36,486 nt of DNA. Origin: Parasitella parasitica NRRL 2501 (lineage: Eukaryota; Fungi; Mucoromycota). Both the position numbers and the translations under genes were made by a program. The DNA lies in the NCBI GenBank assembly GCA_025201805.1, contig MU619304.1:1-36486 (forward strand), read 5' to 3'. Shown here piece after piece: positions 1-11,020 of this stretch. Each line of letters starts with the position of its first letter. Position 1 is the stretch's first letter. The notes under the pieces are model-generated. The model was not told the origin of the DNA. It ran no database searches and saw only the letters and a list, made by a program, of their open reading frames with translations.

Positions 1-50
1 ATAACGGCGAACTATGTCTTGATTGGTTCGGAATCAGATCATAAATGATG

Positions 51-362
51 TGTCAATTTCCCAACCGGAAGTCAAACTCAAGTAAACTCAATCCTGAACA
101 CAATTCAGGAACATATCCCAATGGATCATGTTCCTTATTTATAACTCAACATGATATGTTCATGGATAATAGATACGATCTATCGTTCCATTCCCTAAAT
201 CACACCATGTCTCACACTTGTATCTTATCCTCCCATCAGTCCACTTAGATTCACTAGTATATAAACCATCATTTTTTCCATGTAATAAATGAGATCTTTA
301 CCTGATTAATTCACAACCGTTTTATTTGAATAATTTCTCATTCTGATAAATCAATAAATACA
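51..362 (+). repeat. LTR-like repeat, copy 1 (probable solo LTR)
   Basis: Begins TGTCAATTTCCCAACCGGAAGTC and aligns co-linearly with 35758-36042. TG start, CA at 361-362, TATATAAA near 258 and AATAAA near 284. No clean TSD. Confidence 0.7.
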
Positions 363-569
363 CAATAATGGTATGTTTTTTACAGTGTAGAAGATAAAAT
401 CCATTTGCCCGGTTACCCAGAGTTTACTTTCTAATGCCTTATCTTTTTATCAATTTGCTCAATTGGCTTAATTCAAATAGTATAGAAATTCTCTCGATAA
501 ACCCTTAATTAATAATAAACTCTGCTTTCTCCTACTGCTGAATTATTTTTTTTACTCTTTCACTAATAA

Positions 570-1180
570 TTTATTCTTGACAAATCACCAAGTTACAATT
601 GCCAGTTTTATGATAACTTATTCATTGCATTATTGGGCAAAGAGTTATTAACAGTATTCTGCTGATAGTCTTTAGCCTTTCTGGCACTCAACATGTTTCA
701 ATCAAAAATTATAATTATCTCGGTAGCAGCTATGATTTTGCTTTATCAAGTGTCGAGATTTCAGTAAACAGCCAGTTATCTGATGTGTTTTTTTTACAAA
801 TTTTAATGATAGCGAAGATGGGTCAAATGAGACTCTGATTTCATTGACCACTGTCAAAACAGTCCAAAACCTATGCAATTTCAACATCTTTGTAATTGAA
901 TAATGCACATCCAAGCAGATTTCTAGTGAAGATGCATGTAAAGTGTATGCTATGACTTTAGAAAGTAGAAACTTTGGTCTTATGGGATTAAAATAATCTA
1001 TGCATTTTGGTCAGCTTGTTCTTTTGCAACCATTACAACTATTCGAACAATCTTTCAGTTAAATAAGCACAAAATATTTAGATGAATATGAAGATGTAGC
1101 AAAACAACAAGAAAAGCTTTCGCAAAAGTGTTAGGATCCATCAGACAAGGTAGACATGGTAATTGCGGCTAAATTCTAAT
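570..1180 (+). pseudogene. Possible heavily degenerate relic of a Mucorales PD-(D/E)XK-like gene
   Basis: Stop-interrupted fragments ILDKSP..., LLGKELL and CKVYAMTL..FGLM occur in the order recalled for this family's C-terminal core. Weak, by eye only. Confidence 0.25.
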
Positions 1181-1498
1181 GAGCAAAACACAATTTCTAT
1201 CTAGCTGAGGTAGTTTTGCTACGTGTAATGAATATTGTACACCAAGGTTTTTTTGTTTTTTAATATAACAGTTTTGCCATTGTGTTTGTTTGTGTTGGCA
1301 AATGCAATATAACCTTAACCGAATGGTTGCGAAAAAAAGTTAATCTTCAGCCAAGATCAGTGTGCTTTAATGGTTATGATTAGAGTGAGGTAGACGTGTT
1401 GCAAAACCAAGATGTATGAGCACATTTTCAAAATAAAAATAAAGAAAAATCATGAAATCGACCATCTCCATTGTTTTTAGCCAAAAATTTATTTGTAT

Positions 1499-1964
1499 TT
1501 AAACCATTGATACTGATGCAGAGGCTTGACTATCCTCAGAGTTTATCTTCATACCAAATTCAGGGTTTTCTTTCAAAATTCTGGCAAGCATATCCTCAAA
1601 TGCATCCATATTTTTCATGGCTTTGGCGATATTCGGGTATGAGGCCAATTCGTCGTCATCAACTGTTTGTGAATACAATTTATCATTTATTCGATGCGCA
1701 TAGTACATTACAACAAAACGACTTACTTTGATCAATGATAGACGACTCGTCACCTTCTATGATTGTCTGCTCTTCAATGATTGTGTAATAAACCGTAGTG
1801 GCGATTCCGTCTATTGTTTGCACCACAGGAATAACGTTATTTCCATAAACTTCACTGGTCTCGGAGACTTCTTCATCACCCAGAACACTAACATCCTCGT
1901 TGGCAACTACAGAAGCTGCCACAGCAAACAATAAACTAGCAATTAAGCTTGAGAATCTGAACAT
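1499..1964 (-). CDS. Small acidic secreted protein, unknown function (2 exons, intron 1663-1726)
   Basis: Signal peptide MFRFSSLIASLLFAVAASVVA. A 64-nt GTAAGT...ACAG intron joins ORFs 1683-1964 and 1499-1753 in frame. The 3' end could carry another intron. Confidence 0.7.
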
Positions 1965-2072
1965 TTTATAGAAATAGCAGAGAAAAGAATAGAAATCTGT
2001 TTACAACATTCCTCAGACAATATTTAAATAAATACACGTTTCTGGTTGTTGAAAAAAGGTAAAATTAATTGT

Positions 2073-3795
2073 TTATGCGCTACATTCGTCGCCGTATTGG
2101 GTGTAAATTAATGCCGAGAATGCTTGCAACTCTTTGATATAAGCGAAAGCCTGTGAAATAATCAGCTCGTCGGTTCATTGCTGTGAAATAATTATTACTT
2201 ACGTTGAGGTATTCATTACCGGCAATAACAAGGTGAGCTTGTCTTCCAATCGTAGGTAGCAAGTTGGCCAAAGAAACTCTCTTGCCTTGCTCCAGTGCCA
2301 CTGCTTCTGCTGCTGTCACTTCTCTGATGCTAGACGTCATGGGTTCATTGGAAGGCAACAATGCAGTGACAAAAGCGTGGTGATCAAAAATACCAAAGAC
2401 TTCATCTAAACAAGATCCCAAAACTTGGGTGAAATCAGGGCTGTCGATATAATCTTTGGTCTCGTCTAGTAGCTTTTTAAGTGTTATGGTGGGAGAGATA
2501 TTTTGATCTTGAACATCATCAAATCCAGCCCCACGGATGAATTCTAACTCTTCTTCTCTCGTATTAGGTAGCATCCACGTAAGATAACTTATCGGGTTCC
2601 CCTCGCCATCAAATTCAATTGCTCTACGAAGGTTCTGCAATAGCTCTTCAGCTTCATTGTAATCCAGAGTGCTCTTTAAGGGGATTCTGCAATGTATTGT
2701 CAGCATACATACACAAAACACATATCCGGCGTCACATTACCCTGCCACTACTTGATTGACAGCCGTTTGTACTCTTTCGGCACATAGCTTCCATCCACGA
2801 TGGAGTAGCCACCAACTGACGCTCAAGAACATGCGTTCAATTTGAGGATCTAAGAAACCAGCATCTGGCTCCTCTCCTTCTTGCTGCAATCTGATCGTAG
2901 GCTCGCTTTTATTAAGCACAGAGACTGACCAAATGTAAGTAAATCGACCCAGCAGATTCAACTGAATATGCGTCAGCAATGTCAATAATGTAACTGAATA
3001 GATGGATGTAAATGTTCTAGTAAAACCTATATAGCAGCTCGAATTAGTAAATTTATCAAACATACGGAAAAAGATGAAGCCGTACTCTTTGTCTTGATGT
3101 CCTCCCATAAGAGGTGTTTTTCTTTTTTATCCAAAATCCCTTCAGGAATAGGTCGATGTTCTTCTTGTTCAACATTGACAGATGTAGAGAGGCTACTGAC
3201 ACTGGAATCCAATGATAATGGCTGCGGTGTTGGTGATTTGGGTGCTTGTGCTTGCGTTGATTCTGATTCGTCTTGGTTTTGACTTGGCGATATAGGAACA
3301 CCATCGTCAGTCTCAGGATCTACAAGAACGCCGGATTCGTTTATATCTTTCTCCTCAGTTAATTGAGACATGGCCTCTTGTTCTTCCCTTAGGCGTTCAG
3401 CCTCCTCTCTTTCCTTTCTCAATTTCAATTCGATTTTTTCCAGTTTTCTAGATTCCTGTAGTTTGGCCCAGTCTTTTTCAATGTTCATCTCATGTAAGAT
3501 TTGATCTCCCAGAGCAGGCAAAAGAGACAGCACTGTAAATACGCAATCGTTTTGGTTTTGCTGAAAACGACGTTTCAAGCTACAATAAATCAATAATACG
3601 CCCCTTGTTAAGTTACGCATGTCATACTCACTTTTCCTTGGCAAGTCGATCGGCCGTTGTCTTTTCTTGGATGTCTCTGATTTTGCCAGTAGCATACTTG
3701 CCTGCAAGATAACCTCCACCTGCAATCGTCGCAGTGATCAAAAGGCCTTGTCTATGTCTTTTCACGTAGTCCTTTAGAGATGTAAAAAACGTCAT
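2073..3795 (-). CDS. PEX3: Peroxin-3, multi-exon
   Basis: N-terminus MTFFTSLKDYVKRHRQGLLITATIAGGGYL (basic patch plus TM), LKRRFQQNQNDC, FTRTFTSIYS...LTHIQLNLLGR, SWWLLHRGW, LLDETKDYIDSPDF and LQAFSALIY. GT-AG introns join the ORF pieces. Confidence 0.95.
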
Positions 3796-4989
3796 TTTGT
3801 ACAAAGTGATATGAGATAAGAGTAAAATGCTTTTCTATTCATGTGAAAATCAAGGCGGGGGGTGGGGTTGAATAGACTGAGCTCCAGTCACGATTGTATT
3901 GGCGATTTGTCATGGTGTTAAAGCTTAAAACGATGTTTGTGGCCTTAAGCATTTTGTATTGTTGCTTTTGATTTTAAGGTGTATATTTAATAGTAGCTCC
4001 TTAATTACCTGCAAATAGATTTAGAGCCAAAATAGCTGTTGATTGAAGATAAACAAAGTGAGACTTTCAGCTGTCAGCAACAGCGATGATGAAGATCCCA
4101 GGTTACAGAAGTGTAAATGGGGACAGCGTAGTGGCTGAAAAAGCGATTCAGGACATCGTCAATGATATAAAACTTTTAGACAAAAAATCAAGTAGGAACC
4201 AAGTGTGGAGGAACAATATGCATTGGAAAGTAAGTTTGACGAAATGAGCTGCAACCTCTGCCAAATCAGATTTCGTAAAACTCAAGCAAGACATCAGTTC
4301 CTTTCGCTGTGGACGTATCTAATCTTTTGCTCCAATCATTGCTAAATTTTAAAAACGCCAGTGACCTCTTGGTGGTTATATCGAACGGACTAAACCTGAA
4401 AAACGAGGGAGCACCTCGTATACACTTTGATGCACAGAATAAAATGTTCATCTGTTGTTAATGCCTGCCCTATATTTTTAGGATTATTAAAGGACTTGAT
4501 AGAAAACGAAAATATTCAGAGGATGATACACGTGACACCAGACCATGTTGTGTTAATCGCTCAAAGTTTACACATAAGGGAATGCCCTTGCATTGAAGCC
4601 AAGCCGCTCGTTAGGAATGGTCGAGATCAGCTAGAAACTAAACATGCATGTTTTGGACTAAAGACATCCGCAAACTAGACTAGAGGGTCTTTTCCTTCAA
4701 TGCTCGTACATGTTAATACCTTCTATTGGATCAAATCCTCTGCAATTTAGGTAAACCTAGCCAACGGTTTACTATTAGCTCAAAGCAAAAGTCTACTATC
4801 TGCAGGACTGTAAAAAGTCCTCAACAAATCAGACCCTATTTCTCTTAAACATGATGTTAAACTAGGTCAAGCGACAGGAAGGACCAAGTAGTGATTATAG
4901 ATGATAATAGTAAAGAAAAATTTAGTACCAATTGATATATTGTTGGGGCATTCTATAAAGGCAGTATAATAACTATAGATATATATATA

Positions 4990-6244
4990 TTAAAAATGAT
5001 AAATGGTATAGCTTGGGATCCCATAAACAGAAAACCCCATTGATTTCACCATTTTTGCAAACCCTTCCGAATCAAGTTCGTGCTGGTAGACAAACGGTGG
5101 AAATATAGCGCCTTCTCTATGGACTGTAGCTTTGACAAGAGTGAATGTTGTGCCCACACCATCCAAAGCGATTCTGATGCCTTGGTGAGTTGGCATGTCG
5201 ACAAGCTAAAGCAAAAAACAAATAAATTAATAAACCTAAAATTTATATAAACTACATGTGTTACAGCAAGAAAGAAAAAAATCCCTTTGCACATGTACAC
5301 AAGAACGCTAATCTTATTTTGCCAAGTTTTCTTACCAAATGACGACCAAGCGAGTATTCGTTGTAATCTTGAAAAAGAATACATCAATAACTTATAGCCA
5401 AAGGCAAATGTGTCTTCATCGACTTACCCTCCATTAAAACCTCATGTTCTGCTGCATTTTGCTGGCGCTCCAAGGACAGGTCGCTTTCCTGCCAATTATT
5501 TCGATCGAAAGCCCAAAATACATTGTCTTGTCTTTTGAGCAAGCAGTTTGGCACAACCACATCACCATCCACAAGCATTAAATCCGAGATTATCGAAGGA
5601 GGGTAGGAATGCAACTTGACGTCAACCCAGGCAACCCAGCTATGATGTTCTCTCAATGCAGCTGTCATTAGAAAATTTTTGGCTCTTGCTAATGTAGCTC
5701 GTTTGGAGTTCAGGGATGTGTCATCAGGTTTTTCATCGAGATGAAAGTCCTTTTGATACACATCAATCTCGTAAAACCTGTTTCTCCATCTATTCTGTAG
5801 CCGATGCACTATACTGTACAGTTTTTCGAGTGTGTCGTCTGAGGAGTCCGAGACTAGTAATCCTATCGATATTAAATGGTTAGGGTAGCTGGTCTTGTCC
5901 AGCAACTGGAAGTAATGGTCGAGGTATTGCTCGTCGTTGTGGAGCGGCGTAAGTACCAGCACATGCTCCTTGGCTTCTTTGCCGAAACGAGTCGAGTTGA
6001 GGCTATTCAGGTCCATGTAGTTGTGCTTTCGAAGAGGCAGTGGCTGCTGTGTATCGACAAGGTCGTCTTGCTGGACAATGGACCTTGTGGTGTGACAATT
6101 GTATTGGGATTTGGGCCCACCAAAAGATGATGAGGAGAAGAGTCGATCCCCCGAGATTTTGTACAGACATACCATAACACCTGTGAACAAAAGGCACATG
6201 ATGATGATGCGCTGCCTGACTCTGCCAGACGCTAATGAAGTCAT
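4990..6244 (-). CDS. Anp1/Mnn9/Van1-family (GT62) alpha-1,6-mannosyltransferase-like type II membrane protein, 3 exons
   Basis: N-terminal TM, VLVLTPL, YPNHLISIGLLVSDS, RATLARAKNFL, DVVVPNC, FDRNNWQES, LDGVG, VHREGAIFP and EGFAKM..MGF.VYG.P.Y..YH. Confidence 0.9.
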
Positions 6245-6653
6245 TTTGCTTTGTGCTAATTTCAAGAAAGAAAAAAGGAAGGGGAGAGAAGGGAGAAAGG
6301 GCTCTGCCTTGTGTTTCTGATGAAAAATTTATTTCAGATCTTGATTGGACAAACATCAATATCGCACACATATATCTCCTTTCATTTTTGCTATCTCACT
6401 CAACAAAACCGTAAAGGGCAAATAGCATAAATCCAAGATTAGCGCTCGGCCATTTCCAGCTTTTGCACTTTCAGTTGACACATGCTACCAGCAAACGACA
6501 ACAAAAGCTCCATTTTTTCGTGCGAGTGTTCCAGGCCCATGGATACATTATGGCAAAAATGATCGTCCTGAGATAATCCCGTGTAACCATTGGCAAAAGA
6601 AAACATCTATTTTTGGATGGAAAAAGGGAAAGAAAGGGTAAAATTGGCTTGAT

Positions 6654-7328
6654 TTATTCAACAAATACTTTGCTACTTGTATTGTTGTATAGGCTATGGT
6701 ACTGTGGGGACATATTTATAGACAATGGGCAGTTTTTATGAGTGGACAGCAGGCTCCGCAGGTTTATCACTTCATCTCTCAAGACATTGGCCTGCAATTG
6801 CAGCTGCTCGTTATCATTTGCCAAGAATTCCACTCTTTCTTGCAGATTTGTTAGCCACTGCTTCTTTCTCTGTCTGCATTTCAAGGCAGCTAAAAAGCAG
6901 GTAAATGAGAACATGCTTCCTAACTTTTTTTTTTTTTTTTTTTTTTTTTTTCACCGAGGCCTACCTTGTCGATTACGCTCCAAAAAGTGCTTGCGTTTTT
7001 CTTCATCTGTGTCGTCGGAGGAAACCATTTTTCTTTTCCTGTTCTGTGTAGCGTTGCGACGAGGCATAGCTGCAAGATCTTCATCGTCTGTGCCACTGCT
7101 ACTTACAGACGCAGCTGATGTTGCTGTTATTAGAGCTTTTGTCTGTGGTGTTTGCTGCTGAGAATTAGGCGCATAAACCAAGTGTGGCTCATATAAATGT
7201 GCTGGTTGTGGAGTAAATTTGAATTCGTTTGATGAAAAGAATGCATTGTTTGTCTCGTTCGGCGGTGACATGGTTACACTTGTATTGTAGAGCGGATACA
7301 TTGGTTGCTGAACGTCTCCCCAAAGCAT
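6654..7328 (-). CDS. ATF/CREB-family bZIP transcription factor (Atf1/Atf21-like), intron 6890-6964
   Basis: After splicing, EEKRKHFLERNRQAALKCRQRKKQWL is followed by a leucine zipper ending HKNC. Confidence 0.9.
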
Positions 7329-7398
7329 GATTTGATATTAAAGTAGTATGTGTAGTAGAGTAAAGAGATATGAAACGCTGCAATCTCGCTTGCATCGC

Positions 7399-7460
7399 TT
7401 TTTATAGACATGGCAAGATGTGTGATCGGAAACGGAAACAAGATCGGATATGCGATCGGT
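7399..7460 (-). promoter_or_regulatory. Putative bZIP gene promoter: TATAAAAA box plus three GATCGG motifs
   Basis: CTATAAAAA on the minus strand ~75 nt upstream of ATG 7328. GATCGG at 7424, 7442 and 7454. Confidence 0.4.
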
Positions 7461-9672
7461 TCAAATGAAATGTAAACAATACAGAAAAAAAAATGAAAAG
7501 AGATCCTCATGTAAATGCAAACTAGGGGTCAACAATATCATCATTATGCCACCCATCTAATTTACTGCCGTGATATGCAGTGAGAGCATTCAAAAAAAGT
7601 ATTAAATTGAGCCATAATTTCAGGAAATCAAGGCTATATAAGTTGGGGCAAAATCACAACGGGGAAAGATATCTGTATCCCCTTTTTATTCCAACATATA
7701 GCATCAACTGATTTCTCAGCATCAGATGTCGACTGCTTTGTCTGTGTATTGTTTTCCTTATATGTTCATGTATGGCATTACAAACCACAATGACATGCAG
7801 CTGTTTACATGATAGATTCCAAAAGAACAAAATAATGCATTGTATTCATTTAAATTGATTTTTGGTTTCTGCTAAAATGGAAAATCCAGATGGCCCAGGT
7901 CCATCTGCTGCATGGTACTATCATCCATGCATCTGCCCTTTTTTTTTTTTTTTTATTAAATTGATAGCTTAGCAGTACCCACACTTTGATGATAGACTAC
8001 AGGTTTACATATACATGGTTATCGTATCTCGGTCTTTCCTAAGAAATAACACATAAACGCCATAGAGACCGAAGGAGACAAAAAATCGCAATTAATATAG
8101 CATCGATACTCGTGTTTGTTGTATTATTTGATCGAGTTCGCCGAACAATTCTTGTCTAGATCGAGTTTATGATGGACACTCGATTTGCTCCAATGAAATC
8201 TGTATATGACATGCTGTTATCCACATGTTTCCTTCCCTGTGAGCCACCACACAGTGCGGCTAAATAAATGGCACTAACTTCAAAATGATTTGCGACAAGC
8301 ACTGACTCTCGAAGAGTGGATAGCATTTGCTTTTTCTGGCGCAGCTATATGCCTTGGAGGGATTTCAATGTTTTTTTTTCTAGCTTCAAGGGCATCTTGA
8401 TTACATCTTGATCATAACCTGGTATGCATTCGACTAGTCCCTTTTAAAGTAGAGCGACATTTCCGATAGCCACATTGATCTTTTGGGAGATATGGGAAGG
8501 AGGCTTCAAATTATAGACTTGCCAATGTAATACGATCAAGCAGGATATAACAGTCTTGACATATATGAGCTCGAGTCGACTAGGTTTTTGTATCTGTAGT
8601 TATTTTCAATGGGTCTTTTCAACAAGTCCGTGTTTACGGTGGGTGTGTCCAGCCGAATAGAAAAGGCATGCTTTGCCCAGTCTTTCCGCCCTCTTGCATG
8701 AAAGAACAATATCAGCAGCTGCTTTGCTATACAAAACCATTGCATTTTGTGAATGAATGGCCAAAAAGAAGACCTCTCAGCTAGCCAAAACATACGAATG
8801 TAAAATGTAGCCAGGTATCGTTAAATGTAGAGGAAAAGTATTGTGTTTTACAGTGTCAGCTATCTCTCCATGTAACTTTGATATGCTAATCGATATTTCG
8901 ACGAGCCTTTTATTTTATGTTTACCGCACTTTATATTTTGTGTGGTATATGACACCATTGATGTTTTCCAGGAATGAATCTTTGCCATGAATAATAACAC
9001 GCTTGTTGAGATGGGAGTGAATCATTGAAAATATAAAGAATGAGAGTGGGTTTGGGGAAGAAGAAAGAAAAGATGGTAGAATACGTAAATATGTATAAAC
9101 TATGAGTCTCCATTTACAATTGAGTAATGAAACTTGTAAAAGTGTTGATTGTATTGAATTATATCTATTCCAACCTCGGTGACAATATATACCAGAAGAA
9201 ATGTACATACAAAGTTTTAAATTAGTACTGTAAAACATTATTATCAAATACGTCTGATCTTACCATTTCTCCGATACCTTTGCCATCAACGCGGATTTGT
9301 GTCATGCATCAATTCGGATTATCGCCCTTACCATAACGACTCTTTGCTCAAAGAGCGTCGCTTAGAATATGATGCTACCCAAGCCCTCATTTTCAACAAT
9401 TCGACTATAGCTTAACCATCTACAAGTTCGTAAATGAACAAGTAGACCCGACGAACATTCAATAAGCAGTCTAGATAAGTGTACTGATGAGGAGATTCTA
9501 TGAGATTGTGGTTTAATTTCTTTTTTGTACATGAGTACAAACAGTGATTTTTTTTGGGGGAAGTAGGTCTTATTTATTGTCACCACTTGGACGTAGTTAA
9601 GATAAATAAAAGCAGGATGACATCGGCCTATTTTTTTTTTTGCTTTTATCCACTAATTCTACTACACAGTTA

Positions 9673-10732
9673 ATGCCTCATGGCCTTCCAGAAAACTTTT
9701 ACTCATCAGAAAGAGATTGCAATGCTAATCTTATTCCGCTGTACTTTTCTAAATTGCCTGTGGAAAGGTGGTTAAATTGTAATGCTGTCTCCAAATTGAT
9801 TATTGAGAACGCTACGACGCCCAAGAATCAAGCAAACAAGATCCTGACTTCTTTTGTATCTGATTTGAACAAGATTAAATCTAACAAACACATTCGATAT
9901 AACTTGGCTAATTATTGCAGTGATGTCATGAACTACTACAAAGTTGCTGACAACAAGAAAGCTTTCTGCAGTTCGTATGTCGAAGAATTAGGTTTGTTCC
10001 AAGATATGAAAAGACAACATTACTTTGCCCAAAAATCCGCCAATCTGGCGACAGAGCGCGCACTTTTAGACAACATCGCAAACTTGGAGAATGATGTATG
10101 TTCTCGCGGAAGAGGCCAAATAGATGAATTCTCCTCATCGCAAAACACTATTATTAAGGAAAATAAGCAAAAATCGGTTCTAACCAGAATCTTTGAGTTC
10201 GGAGACAAGTTGCATGAGAGATACGTTCAGGATGATAATTTATCTGAACAAGAAACTGATATAATGAAGTAGTTTGGCCATTGGGGAAGATCAAATGCCA
10301 TACAATTCTGTTTGCCATTTTAGTTTTCTTGTTTCTAAAATAGTTTTTTCTCATCTCACTAACTTCTTTATTGTTCTTATCATTATTACTTACATCTATA
10401 ACATTATATTTTATCTCAATTGCACCCGCCTCTTCGATAGGAACTCACATCCTATAGTACGCGGCTCAATCAATAAACACAATTTAAAAAAAAGATTTAA
10501 TGAAGTAACCTTTTTTTTTTTTTTTTTTTTTATCAAACCAACTTTTTTTTTACATAGGATTTGCTTATCATCTATACTTGATTTATTAGACTTGAATCGA
10601 TATGGACAAATACAATCTATTTTTAAAGACGACTATCAAAAGATTATCAGCAAGTACAGCAACATGTTCCCTCTAAAAACAGCACAGCCTTATTCCCTCC
10701 TAAAACAAGCTGCATTTACAATAAATAATTGA
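9673..10732 (+). pseudogene. N-terminal part of a Mucorales-expanded PD-(D/E)XK-like (CR-REase-type) gene, truncated at the MULE
   Basis: ~200-codon exon (YFSKLPVERW...), phase-2 splice AA|G into exon 2 at 10558 (ICLSSILDL..Q.IF). The frame stops at 10730-10732 just before the MULE region. Confidence 0.55.
10272..10493 (+). mobile_element. Short 5'-truncated non-LTR retroelement (LINE 3' end or SINE)
   Basis: Flanked by GATATAATGAAGTA (10258-10271) and GATTTAATGAAGTA (10494-10507), 13/14 identical. Ends with a stem-loop (ATAGGA/TCCTAT inside CCGC/GCGG), AATAAA at 10472 and an A8 tail. Confidence 0.8.
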
Positions 10733-10743
10733 TGACATCTTTA

Positions 10744-10770
10744 AACTTTGATGGCAATGCCATCAAAGTT
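10744..10770. repeat. Perfect 13-bp inverted repeat with 1-nt spacer
   Basis: AACTTTGATGGCA-A-TGCCATCAAAGTT. Confidence 0.95.
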
Positions 10771-11020
10771 CGTACGCAATACAAGTTTATTTCGTTGCCT
10801 TAGAGGCAGGATTTCCGCGTCCCCACCAACCACGCACCCTTCGCCGGCTAATTTTGTATTTAAGTCGATATTGACCATTTTCAATTCTTGGTTTAGATTA
10901 CCTCCAAAAAAGATCAATTGTACTTGAAAAAGAAATTCAATAATAAACATTAAAGCTGGTGCTTCATTGTTTAAGTTTACCAAAGATTTGATACCTTTTA
11001 TTTACTTTATTAATTTACAA

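Noticed and set aside
45-248. Similar short ORFs at 45-248 and 35701-35940 as a gene pair
   Set aside because: Their similarity simply reflects the LTR-like DNA repeat, and they have no protein features.
4086-4850. Coding-like fragments divergent from PEX3
   Set aside because: No consistent spliced frame or recognisable motif could be built. It may be a relic but cannot be supported.
5617-5624. TGACGTCA inside the GT62 gene
   Set aside because: It lies in coding sequence (V-D-V-K codons), and one chance occurrence is unsurprising.
7500-9600. tRNA, ncRNA or short ORFs in the long intergenic region
   Set aside because: No cloverleaf or box motifs, and the ORFs are low-complexity AT-rich frames without splice support.
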